DNA of 64,000 nt from Cyanophora paradoxa CCMP329 (Eukaryota > Plantae > Glaucophyta): the NCBI GenBank assembly GCA_004431415.1, contig QPMI01000091.1, positions 1-64,000 of the forward strand, read 5' to 3'. Positions 11,274 through 22,512 of the stretch are shown piece after piece. The notes beneath the pieces were generated by a model that was given only the letters and a program-made list of their open reading frames with translations, was not told the origin of the DNA and did not search any database. Positions within the stretch are counted from its first letter, which is position 1. Each line of letters begins with the position of its first letter. The position numbers were made by a program, and so were the translations under genes.

Positions 11274-11315
11274 CCCAAGTCCCAAGTCCCAAGTCCCAAG
11301 TCCCAAGTCCCAAGT
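11274..11315 (-). repeat. (CCCAAGT)6 heptamer array, copy 3, direct repeat of copy 2
   Basis: Read directly; same AACTCTT / CCCAGG flanks. Confidence 0.97.
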
Positions 11316-11403
11316 CCCAGGTCCCATTTTTCTCCCATTTCAGTCCGAGATTTTGCCCAAGTCCAAATCCGGGCCCGGGATTCGAACCCTCGTTTTCGGT
11401 CGA

Positions 11404-11592
11404 TTTCACGCGTGAAAAACGCACTTTTCGGCCTTTTCCGATTTTTCCTTTCTCGCGATCGCAGAAATGCCCCCGATCTCGAAATCGCGATCGAAAAGGG
11501 TCGCGATCGGGAGAAAGTCGCGATCACCAGGGTCGCGATCGGGTCGCGATCGCCGCGATCGCCAGCCTCGGAGGGGGTACCCCCACAGCTGT
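11404..11592. repeat. Palindrome and short-repeat cluster, probable element terminus
   Basis: TTTCACGCGTGAAA (11404-17); 7x CGCGATC (11454-11560); GGGGGTACCCCC (11573-84); ACAGCTGT (11585-92). Confidence 0.7.
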
Positions 11593-12502
11593 TGCGGCGG
11601 TTATAAGAACCTCCGCAATCCAAGCGTCACTTCCGAGTCTCGAGCTCTCGGAGTTGCCTTTTCGCGTTTGGCCCATTGATGGCCCTCGTATATATGTATA
11701 CGTAGATCTGATCACTGAGTCATGAGACTCTGAGAGGCTTCACAATCAACTTGGCAAGCCCTGAGGCTTCGAATCATTGAATTCGAATTCCGATCGAAGC
11801 TCAACTTACAAGTTAGCAAGCCTTTGAAGGCTTTTGATGCGATCATCATCGGATGAAAGAGCCGCTGCGCATATGCATGCGCCTCGGAGGCTTCCGAAGT
11901 TCATGATCCGATCGCCGAGTCGCGATCGGATGATCGGATCATCCCGGCCCGGCGGGTCCTGACTCATGATCGTAATGATCATGATCAGACACTGAGTCTC
12001 AGAGTCTGGTCACCGGGTCATGAAAGGCTTCTCGAGCTCCGATCGCGAGCTCGAGGCTCGAGTCACCGGGTTCTAGATATCGATCTGGTCAGTCTGACGG
12101 TCCTGGGTCTCCGGGCCCCGGGGAGTCCGACCGTCCTGCCAGGCCGGGCTTTCACATGTACACACGTGATCATGATCATCGAATCTTGATCGGGCGTGGG
12201 CCCGGGCCATAAAAATTTGTCACAGTGCAAGTGTTCATGTGAAAGTTCAGCGAGCCAGTTCAGGAGCAAGATAACCAGTTTAGCGAGCAACTTGGCAGCG
12301 TACGCGTACGCGTGCCGAAATGAAGTTTCATTATCATTATCGTGATCATGAAGTTGCACGACATGCCCCCGCGTGCCGCATGCGGGGGCCCCGGGCGCGG
12401 GCCCCACGGTCCACGCAAGGGAGCTAAAGGTACAGCTATCCGACATACAGTCCGTGTCGAGCAGAGACGGCGCCAGACGCGGCCGCGGCGCGCGAGCGGG
12501 GC

Positions 12503-15500
12503 TCACAGGCCGTCCGGGGAGGCCTCGAGGGCGGCCTCGGCCTCGGCGGCGTAGGCGGCGCCCCACTCGCCCTCCGCCTCCTCCACCTCGCCCGCGCCCT
12601 CGCCCTCCTCCTCGTTCTCCTCCTCCTCATTCTCCTGCGTCCGCTCCTCCTCCTCCTCCTCCTCGCCCAGGCCGAGCAGGGCGGCCCTGGCGAGCTCCGA
12701 GGCGCTGCCGCCGATGCACTTGAAGAGCGGCTGGGAGGCGTCGCAGGGTGTCGTGAGCATCGCGTCGATCGCCGAGCGCGCGAGCGTGAGCTGCCGCCCG
12801 AGGCACGCGGTCGAGCCGGCCTCCTTCTCCGCCGCCTGCAGCTCGGAGCGCAGGCCCTCCTCCTCGGCGCGCCACTCGGCGGCGTCGCGCGAGTGCGCCT
12901 GCACGAGCTCCGAGCGCTCCTCCGCGTGCCGCTCGCTCGCCGACCGCGCCTCCTCCCGCACCCGCGTGATCCGCTCCTCCATCTCCGTCCGCGTGCTCGT
13001 CACCAGCTCCCGCGCCTGGCTCGCCTCCTGCGCAGCCGCGCGCCCGCCCGCGTCGGCGGGGGCGGGGGCCGGGGGCGAGGGGGGCGGGCGCGGCGGCGCA
13101 CGGCCTCGGCCTGCTCGACCTCGAGCTTGAGCTCGTCGGCGGCGCGCTGGGCCTTGGAGGCGAGCTCCAGCGCCTCGTCCTTCTCCTCCCCGAGCTCCTT
13201 GGCGCGCGCGCTGCACGCCGCCAGCTCCTCCTTCGCCGACTCGATGCGCGCCTCGTAGCCCGCCACGCGGGCCTCGTAGCTCGAGACGCGCGCCTCGAGC
13301 TCGGGGACCAGCTGCTTCGCCACCTCGAGCGCCTCCTCGGCCGCCGCCTTCTCCGCGAGCGCGGCGCGCACGGCCTCGCGCGACTCCTCCTCGCTCGCGT
13401 GGAGCGACGCGATGCGCGCCTTCAGCGTCGTGATCTCCTCGGCGTGCGACTCGCTCTTGGAGAGGGCGAGGGCGAGCTCGCCCCGGGCCTCCGCCGTGGC
13501 CCGCTCGGCCTCGGTCAGGCTCGCCTCGAGCGTCGTCACCCGCGTCTCCGACGACTCCACCGTCGAGACGAGCTCCTGGACGCGCGTCTGCAGCGACAGG
13601 AGCGCGTCCCGCTCCTTGGCGCACGCCGCGAGCTCGTCCTCGCGCTCCGAGAGCTCGCTGCTGAGGCGGGTGACGCGGGAGGAGAGCTCGGTGCGCTCCT
13701 CCTCCCAGCTCGCGCGGAAGGCCTCCACGTCCCGCTCCGCGTCCGCGAGCTCGCCCTGCAGCCGCAGGATCGTCGCCTCGTCCTCCGCCCCCGCCTCCAC
13801 CTGCTCCTCCAGCAGCTTCACCTCCGCCCGCAGCTGCTCGATCCGCTCCTCCTTCACGGTCACCTCGTTCAGCACGTCCTCCTTCGCCTGCGCGCGCGCA
13901 CGCGCCCCGCCGTCAGCCGCGTTCGTTTCCGCGCGCCCGACCCAGGCGGGGCCGCACGGCGAGGGCGGCGTCGCGCTCGATGCGCAGGGCGGCGCTCTGG
14001 GACTCGAAGTCGTTGGCCTCCTTGCGGGCGGCGGCGAGCTTGTCCTGGAGGGAGGCCACGCGCTCCTCGCGCTCCTGGACGTCGCCCTCGAGCAGCGCCA
14101 GGCGGCCCCGCAGCTCCTCCAGCACGGCGCGCTCCTCCGAGGCCGACTTCAGCTCGCTGCTCTTCGTCTCGATCGTCGTCGTCAGCGTCTCGATCCGCGT
14201 CGTCAGCTCGCTGCGCTCCGACTCGAACGAGGCGCGCGCCGCCGTCAGGTCCTCCCGCGCGTCGTCCAGGTCCGCCGCGCAGCGCTTCGCCAGCGTCTCC
14301 GCGTCGAGCGCCTCCGCCTCCGCCGCGTTCAACTTCACCTGCAGCTCCTCCACCAGCTCCTCCGCCCGCGTCGCGCGCTGCGGGGCCGCGCGCGCGCGCG
14401 CGCGTCAGGGGCTCCGCGGCCGGGCGGGCGGGGGCGCGGGGCGGGGCCGCACCGACTGGGCGGCCTCGAGGTCGGCGCGGAGGTCGTCGGCGGTCGACTT
14501 GTCCACCGTCGACTCCTGGAGGTGCTCGTAGCGGCGCGTCAGCACCTCCTTGTCCGCCGAGCACTCCGACTCCTCGTCCTTCAGCTTGTTCTCCGCGCTC
14601 TCCAGCTTGATCTGCCGCCCGGCCACGTCGGCCCCGGCGAAGCGACCCGGCGGGCAGGACGGGGCGCACCTCGAGCTCGCGGAGGCGGCTGGTGAAGCCG
14701 CTGTTCTCGATCATCATGTCGACCATCTGCCGGCCCCGGGTGCGTCAGGCGAGGCGGAACGGGGCAGCAGCCTCGGGAGGGGGCGGGGCCCGGCGGGGGT
14801 CACCTTGTCGTCGAGCTCGTCGAGCTCGGCCTCGGCCTTCTCGGCGCGCTCCTCGGCTCCCTTGAGGCGCAGCAGCTCGAGCTCCAGCTGCTCGATGCGC
14901 GAGACCGCCTCGGCGTACTTGGTCGAGTCTTCCTCGCGGCTCTGCGCGACCGCGTCGTAGCGCGCCTTGTAGTCCTCCATCTCCACCAGCTGCAGCTGCA
15001 GCTTCTCCGATTCCGCCTGGCACTCGTTCAGCTGCTCGACCTTCTTGTCCAGCGCGTTCGTGATCAGCGTGAGCGTGTCCGTGCTCGAGTAGCTGCTGCT
15101 GCCGCTGCTGCTGCTGCTGCTGCTGTCGGTGTTGGTGGTCTCCGTGCTGCTGCCGCCCGTCTCGCCGTCGGTGGAGGTCGACGAGGTGGTGGTCGTCGTC
15201 GTGATGATGGTCGTCGTCCCGTCCTCGCTCGTCGTCACCTCCTCCGTGGTCTTCTCCCCCGAGGTCGTCTCTTCCAAGGTCGTCGTCTCCGTCTCCGTCT
15301 CTGTTTCCGTTTCCATCACGACCGGCTCGACCGAAGCCGGCTCTGCGCCACGCCGCGGGAGCCTTCAGCTTGACGAGCAGTGCGCGGACCCGGGGCGCCT
15401 GCTCGGCGTGGCGCCGCGTGGCGCGCACCGAGGGTGTAAGCGTCGTAGGCCGTGCCCGGGTAATCCATCGTTTCGCCGTTCTTCACGATCTCCGCGGGCT

Positions 15501-15914
15501 CACCCTGGGCGGCGTGGCGTCGGCGAGTGCGCTCGGAGGGCGGGAGCGGACGCGCGGCAGCCGAGGAGAGCGCACGTCGCAGTCGGCATTGTCGTAGAAC
15601 TGGATTTCGAACCCGCTATCCACCTCCACCGATTCAATTTCCCTGCCGTCCAACTCCTGCGAGGGTCCGGCGGTCAGAGTCGGAGAGCGGGCGGCGCAGC
15701 GGCGCAGCAGAGTAACATTCGCACCTGGCATTTGTATTGACTGCGCGCGTTTTTAAGTCGTGCCAGGCGAGCGTCAGGGAAGTTGGGACTCAAGCGGCAG
15801 AGGCTCCCAGGCGCAGCCCGGCGGAGATCAGCGGCGGGCTCGGGCGCACTCGCTCTTCTTGGACGAAGACACGACATCCCCCGTCTCATCGTAGAGAGTA
15901 GCGACTTTGCTCAT
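12503..15914 (-). CDS. Multi-exon long coiled-coil protein with small N-terminal beta-domain and Ser/Thr-rich linker
   Basis: Exons join as MSKVATLYDETG...IESVEVDSGFEIQFYDNADC; T/S/E-rich tract 15090-15320; extensive E/A/L heptads; GT-AG introns; both ends approximate. Confidence 0.65.
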
Positions 15915-16487
15915 CGTGCCGAGACGCTCCGCTCCCAGGCTCGCAACTGTCCTGGCAGTTAGAACGAGAGCGCCGCACGCGTTGCTTGAGAACAAGCAGA
16001 TTCTAAGAAGAGTGCGGGGGAACGCACCCGGATATCGGGATATCGGGCGCCGGTCGTGCCTGCACGGTGTATGGCCGCCGGGGCCAGTACTAGTACTAGA
16101 ACTGAAGAAGCTAGAGGCTCCTAGGGGGAGTCTTGGGGGTACAGCAACTACTCCGCTAGGTACTGCATGCGCAGCTCCTGGCCTCCTGCGCGTTCAGCGG
16201 CTCCCCAAAACGTACCACGTGCCGCAGCCTGGCAGAGTCGGCGCAGACAGACGCAGCTGCAGTGGCAGCTCCAAACGTTTACTAGTAAACGAAATTCTGA
16301 AGAAAAGAAAAGGCGCACACACTGTGACAAACACGCATGCATCTTTTTGGACAAAATCTACAGTTCCGGGTCTAGATCTAATGTAAGGCTCTAAAGAGTC
16401 TAAACATACAACATACACATGCAAACCCTTCGGCTACCTGCCCGCCTGGTTGCCGACGGATGAGCTCCGCCCTTGTTGTCAAGTATT

Positions 16488-18290
16488 TTAATAGTAGGGG
16501 CGCGGCGTCGTCGCAGCGTAGCCGCCGTTGGCGTAACTGTTGGCGTAGCCGCCATTGGCGTAGCCGCCGTTGGCGTAGCCACCGTTGGCGTAGCCGCCGT
16601 TGGCGTGGCCGTGCTGGCTGTGACCGCCATGCAGGCTGTGGTTGCCGTGGTGGCTGTGGCCCCCGTGGTTGCTGTGGCCTCCATGGTGGCTGTGGTTGCC
16701 ATGGTGGCTGTGACCCCCGTGGTGGCTGCCGTGATGCTGCGACACACCCCGTTAGCCGGGCGGACAGACGGGGCGGGAGGGGCGGCGGCGGCGGACCGAT
16801 TGGTGCTTGTCGTGCTTGTCGTGGTGGTCGCCGTGGTGGCTCCCGTGGTGGCCCCTGCCCCGCCCCCCCTCTCAGCCCCAACCCCACGCCGCCCCCTGCA
16901 GTGCGGCCGGCCGCGCCCTGGCGCCGCGCACCGGCTGTGGTGGTGGTGGTGGTGGTGGTGGTGGTGGTGGCCGCTCTCCGCGGACTTGCGGTACCTCTCG
17001 CCGTACCAGGAGCCCACCCACGTGAGCGGCTGCCGGCGGCGGCATCGCGTCAGGACCCGGCCGGACGGCGGCTCGGCGGAGCTGTGCGGCGGAGGGGGGG
17101 GGGGGGGTTTGCACCTTGCGGGCGAAGACGTCGTAGAAGAAGGACTTGTGGCGGCAGTGGAGGGCCTGCTTGAGGGCCTCCTCGCCCTTGTCGAGCCACT
17201 GGTCGCGGTGGCAGTGCACCTTCCCCTGCTTGTCCAGCTCCAGCGTCGTCACCGCCCGCACCGCGAACGGCTCCTTCTTCCCGTGCCGCCAGTAGAACTC
17301 TGCGCCCCCGCGCCCCCGCTCAGCGTGCGCCCTCGTGTGCGCCCGCTTAGCTGCGCGGGGCGGGGCGGGGCGCACGGTTGTTCTCGCAGACGATGACGGT
17401 GGCGGGCGGGGACTTGAGCTCGAGGGCGTAGGCGGCCGTCTCGCGGAACTCGACCGCCTCGAAGAAGCGCTCCAGCAGCAGGAACTGGTTCTCAATGTCC
17501 CGGTGGCCCTTCACCTGCGCCACCGCCCAGCCTTGCCGCGTCAGCCGCCCGCGGCGGGGCCGCCGGGCCGCGGGGAGGGGGCGGGGGCGGGAGGGGACCG
17601 TCGGACCTCGCTCAGGGGGTCAATGAACTTGCCGTCGGGGGCCCAGATGTTGCGCACGAGGCCAATGTTCGGCTTGGGGTTGTAGAGCTGGATCACGTCG
17701 TCCAGGAGGGCACGCTGGGCCGGCGCCAGCGGCCGCGCCCCCGCCTTGCGCATCGCCTCCTCGTGGGCCGCGTTCATCGGCCCCCCGATCGGCGTGAAGC
17801 CTGCCCGGCGGCTGGCGGTGAGAGACTGCGGGCGGAATGGGACGGCGGGGACGGCCCGGGCGGGCGCGGACCGGTGTGCATCGGGGTCGTGCGAGTGCCG
17901 CTGCGCATCGCATTCGATGCCGGGGAGCGGGAGCGCGGGGTCGTGGGAAGACCCTGCGGGCGAGTTCGTCACACGGATTCCGGGGCAGGCACCGGCGCCT
18001 GGTAGGCCAGCTGCGCGCACCGAGGCTGCCGCGTATGATTCGTAGTCAACGGGTGCTCCGCCGCGGCGCGGGGTGACCGCGTGGCCACGAGGAAGACCAT
18101 CGAAAACGCTCTCAGCGTAGTCGTCGTAAGAGGGCGCCCGTTGGCGGTCCGGCGAGGACGAAAACCGGCCGGGCTCGTAACGCCCATCGCGGAAACCCTC
18201 GCGGGCGGTCGACCACCCGCCAGCATGCCAAGAGGGATCATTTCCGTAGTGATCGGCACCGTACCGAGGGCTGCGCGGCGGATACGCCAT
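16488..18290 (-). CDS. SnoaL/NTF2-like domain protein with His-rich and ANGGY-repeat C-terminus (multi-exon)
   Basis: IWAPDGKFIDPLSEVKGHRDIENQF...TTLELDKQGKVHCHRDQW (NTF2/SnoaL pattern); poly-His and HHGGHS repeats. Confidence 0.7.
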
Positions 18291-18679
18291 CGGTTGATCA
18301 AGTGCCGGGATGCCTCGCGCAGCTGCGGGCAGCTAGCTGGCCTAGCGATCTGAGAGCTCTGCGAAAGAGCCCTACAAGAAACTGCCCTCCCTACAAGAAA
18401 CTGCCCGGGCACGCAGATTTAAGAGGGCGATGGGGAAGGTGGGGGGGGAGAGACGTGAGGGGTATTCCCATAGCCCGGTCACCGGCGGGCCCTCGATCTC
18501 ACTGATCGAACACACTCGGTGACCTGGTCGTTGACTTCAAATTTGAACTCCAACCACCTGCTGCCCGGCGCACTGCAGCTCGCAGCGCTGCGCAGCTCGT
18601 GCGGCGAGGGTTCCAGTCGAAGAGTCGGACAGCGCCAGCTAGCGAGCTTTGTTGTTGCTCAGCGCTGGCCAGTGTCGGA

Positions 18680-20377
18680 ATGGCGCCGCGGATCGGGCTG
18701 CTCGACCTGCCCCGCGACGTCGCACTCCGAATTCTGGACAAGCTTACGACGCTCGATGACCTCGTGGCCGTCGCCCGCTCAAGCAGAGGCCTCTACTGGC
18801 TCGCCTTCGACGCTTCGCTCTGGCGCCGCATTACCCTGCGGTTCCCGTACTCGGACCGCATTTCGACGCGGCAGCTCTTCGCTCTGGTGCGCCTGGCTAC
18901 AGAGCTGGAGTCCCTGAGAATAGGGCGGACGCCCGCGCGCGTCACAGGGGCGCCCCAGTCCGCCCTGTCGCTCACTGCCGTGGCCGCCTGCGAGACGGCG
19001 CGCGGAACTCTGAAGGTCCTTCCTTGTCTCCTCGATGGAGTCGACGCCGCGCCGACGCCCCCTCCGCGCAGCGGCTGGCGCTGGAGGGCCCCTGGCAGGC
19101 GGCTGACTTCGATGTGGCCCTCCCCTTGCTGGAGGCTCTGGAGGACGTAGATCTGGAGGGGGTCACCTTCCTGTACCCCCCAGGCGTCGAGACGCCGAAG
19201 GCCGGCCTCGAGTTCCACCCGCTCCTCTCTCTCCTGCGCTTGCCGGTGCGCTGGCGCGTGCCCTCGGCTAGCGGGGTCATCGCGCCGGCCTCTCTGTGAC
19301 CTCACGCAGCGCCTCCGCCGCCTCCGCTGCGTCTCGGGCGCCGCCGGACGCGACGCCGTCGTTCCCGCCTCGCTTCTCACAGCATGGGGGCGCCTGGTGC
19401 GCGCCGCCTCCGCGCGCCGTACCCCATCCGCCCCTCCGCCCCTTTGACAGCGCCGCAGCTGCCGCTGGAGTCGCTGGAGTGCACGGTGGGCGGCGAGAGC
19501 TCGGCGGCGGTCGAGGCGGCGCTCTCCCGCCTTCCTACCTCCCTCACCTCCCTCGACGTGCGCCTCGTCGCCCGCTCCCCCGACCCCGTCCTCTCCGCCG
19601 CCTGTCCGCCCCGCCCGCCCGCTCGGCTTTGCGGACCGCCGACGCGGGCGCAGGCGTGGGGCACCTGTCGGGGCTCGAGTCGCTGAGCCTCGCGGCGCCG
19701 GGGGCGCTGCTGGGCGACCTGGGGGCGCTGGCGGCCGCCCTGCCCCGCCTCCGCTCGCTCCGCCTGGAGGCCGGCGCCGCCGCCTGGGCCGCCCTCGCCC
19801 CCCTCGCCGGCCTCGTCGAGCTCGCCCTCTCGGGGCCCGCGCTGCCCGCCCCCGCCGCCCTCGCCGCCGCCGTCGGCTCGGCGGCCACGCTGCGGGTGCT
19901 GCGCCTGGGGGATATCGACCCGCGCGCGTCCAGCGACCCCGACGAGATGCTCGCGGCCGCCCCGGGGCCCTTCCCCCACCTCGAGGGTCCGGCCCGCCTC
20001 GCCCCTCTCCCCATTCGACTGCTCCACGTGACGCCTCTGCTGCAGCGCTCACGCTGATCTTGGGCGAGGGTGCGGGTGCGGGGCCCGCCTCGGGGGACCT
20101 GCCGGCTGCGGCGGCGGCGTGCCTTGCCGGGGCGGGGGCGGCGTTGGGCCCGACGGTGGCCCCCGCCCTCGCATCGGTCTCTGTCCACCTCCAGTCACCG
20201 CGCTTTGCGGGGACCGACCTCCTCGCCCTTCGGCCCTTCGGCGCCGCCCGGCACCTGACCGTCACCCTCGTGCCCCCCGATGCGGCCGCGGGCGCCCCGA
20301 GGCCGCCCCCGGAGTCACGCCTCCGAAACGTCGCCGCCCTCCGCGCCGCCGTCCCTTCCCTGCGCATCATTGACTGA
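18680..20377 (+). CDS. F-box/leucine-rich repeat protein (multi-exon)
   Basis: LLDLPRDVALRILDKL...LVAVARSSRGLYWLAFDASLWRRI F-box; LxxLxL repeats. Confidence 0.85.
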
Positions 20378-20604
20378 GATCGCTTAGAAGTGCAAAACGC
20401 GGCATTCGACGGTTCTTGAGCACCACTCGCTAGAGTTGATTCTGAGCGAGGCGCTGATCATGAAGCTTGTGGGCTCGCGATCGGGCGGGCCGCGGCACCT
20501 GTCGACGTCGAGCTCGGATCTGCCAAACGCGCAGCTAGCGCTTGAGCTACCGCATGAAACGCCTGGCCAGGCATCGACCAGACGCGTCCGCGACGATTAT
20601 TCAC

Positions 20605-20686
20605 GAGCGGATGGCCGAGCGGTCTAAGGCGCTGGTTTAAGGCACCAGTCTCTTCGGAGGCGTGGGTTCAAGTCCCACTTCGCTCA
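20605..20686 (+). tRNA. trnL-AAG: tRNA-Leu(AAG)
   Basis: Acceptor GAGCGGA/TTCGCTC, D-arm TGGCCGAGCGGTCTAAGGC, anticodon stem CTGGT/ACCAG with loop TTAAGGC, long variable arm, GGTTCAAGTCC, TTTT terminator. Confidence 0.97.
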
Positions 20687-20774
20687 TTTTACTCCGTTTT
20701 GCCCACTCTTCGAATCCGGGCGGGGCCCATTCCCGACGCTCCTTGCCTAGGCCTCGCAGCTCTCCAATCCGTAC

Positions 20775-22430
20775 ATGCGCCTAGGGCGGCTGTTCTTTGG
20801 CCTCACAGCGATCCCTCATCGTCACCCGGCAACTCTGCAACCCTCGGCACTCGTTTTGAGCGCTTCGCGCGAGCTTTGCCGGCCAATGCGCACGCGCGGC
20901 CAATTGCAATCCTCTGCCGCCGAGCTGGGGGCCACGAGCGCCAGCAGCGATGAGCCAGCAGCATCGACGTCCCGACGCAAGCGAGCAAGCTCGGCGGCAT
21001 CGCCGTCGGTTGGCGCAGCTGCAGCTGGCACGCCGGGGAAGCGCGGGAAGACAGACACGACCGCGCCCGCGACACCGACGGCCGGAGTGCGCTCCTTCTC
21101 TTTGACGCCGAAGAAGAGCCCACCAAAGAAAGAGCTCGCGGCTAAGGTGCCCCTCGCTCGCACGCGCGCTCGTCCGCGTTACGCGTCGTCCAACCCTGCG
21201 TCGCCCAGCTGATGCGCCTGCCGACAGATTAAGCTCACGCCAGCACTGAAGGAGAAGGCTCAATTGGTGATGCAAAAGCTCGACGAGTGCGCGGCCTAGG
21301 CCTCGCTCCGCCCCGCCCCACTCGCTCTCAGCGCTAGCGATAGCGCCAGCCGCTCACGCGGCCCACGCGCAGATTGTATCCGGCGCCGCCCATACCGCTC
21401 GAGCACAGGGATGGCTTCCAGCTGCTGTGTGCGGTCGTTCTCTCCGCGCAGACGACGGACAAGAAAGTAAATGAGGTGAGCAACTCCGGCAAACGGAGGG
21501 CAGGTCACTCCTGCCCGCTCACCGGGCAGGTTCCAACCGGGCAACTTCGGCGTGTATATATCCGCAGCTACGGCAGCTACCCAGCTTAACCCCGACGCAG
21601 GTCACGCCGACGCTGTTCGCGGAGGCCCCTACGCCTGAGGCGATGGCCGGGCTCCCCGTCGAGCGCATCGCGGAGATCATCCGCCAGGCGCCTCCCCTCC
21701 GCGACGCCGACCTGATCATGAGCTGCGCCCGTAATCGAGCCGGCGGCGGGGGCGCGCGCAGATTGGGCTCGCCCCTCAGAAGTCCAAGGCCCTCAAGGGC
21801 CTCAGCATGATGCTGGTGGACGAGTTCGGGGGGCAGGTGCGGCCCTTGCCCGCAGCCGGGCCCGCCACGCGCGAGCACGTCCAGGCCAGGCCGAGCCTGA
21901 CTTCGCTCGCAGGTTCCGAAGACGTACGAGGAGCTGGAGCGGCTGCCCGGGGTGGGGCACAAGACGGCCTCGGTCGTCATGGCTCAGGTGCACGGGGAGC
22001 CGGCGCTCCCCGTGGACACGCACATCCACAGGTACCCGCCGACCCTGCCGGCCCGCGTGGGGCACCGCCCAAGTCACCCGCAGGCTGGCGGCGCGCTGGG
22101 GCCTCTCGGACGGCTCCAAGGTCGAGCAGACGGAGGCGGACCGTGAGTACCCGCCCCCGGCCCCCGCGGCCACGGTTGCGCTCACCCTCGCCCGCCGGCG
22201 TGGGACCACCAGTGAAGCTTGCATTCCCCCGGGAGGCCTGGAACCGCCTCCACCTCCAGATCATCTACTTCGGGCGCGAGCACTGCCCCGCCCAGCGCCA
22301 CGAGCCCTCCGCCTGCCCCATCTGCTCCTGGGCCGCCCCCTCCGGCTCCCGCTCCGGCGCCAAAGGCAAGGCCAAGGCCAAGGCCGGGAGGACGAAGGAC
22401 GCCAGCGAGAGCGACGGCGATGCAGGATAG
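20775..22430 (+). CDS. nth: Endonuclease III (HhH-GPD DNA glycosylase), bacterial-type, with N-terminal extension (multi-exon)
   Basis: FQLLCAVVLSAQTTDKKVN, LPGVGHKTASVV, VDTHIHRL, HLQIIYFGREHC. Confidence 0.93.
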
Positions 22431-22512
22431 GTGGATCGATAGGTCTCTTATTTACACAATAAGAAGCTCCACAGCGATGTACTGAGCGGCCGCAAATTTA
22501 AAACACGGCGGG

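Larger units (their letters stand above)
1..11600. mobile_element. Endogenous dsDNA virus-like element (Polinton-like virus/virophage-type suspected), one arm only; the other part lies outside the window
   Basis: Tightly packed, apparently intronless ORFs, several with AAA-ATG context (3573, 6768, 6807, 7509, 8672, 11216); lower GC than host genes; phage-like fibre motifs, S74 chaperone, HNH; repeat- and palindrome-rich end at 11.27-11.6 kb. No capsid, packaging ATPase or integrase is visible in this part, so the class is inferred. Confidence 0.7.

Noticed and set aside
8699-11315. CRISPR-like array
   Set aside because: Units are contiguous with no unique spacers; no cas genes; eukaryotic context
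11377-11389. Pol III B-box (GGGTTCGAATCCC on - strand) suggesting a tRNA or att site
   Set aside because: No cloverleaf or convincing A-box; lies in a palindrome-rich tract where it can arise by chance
11454-11562. Cyanobacterial origin implied by HIP1 octamers
   Set aside because: Tightly clustered, and the shared core is CGCGATC; HIP1 is dispersed genome-wide in cyanobacteria
8323-11725. ORFs with PSPKSQV / GLGTWDL peptide repeats
   Set aside because: They are translations of the non-coding heptamer arrays, which are open in multiple frames
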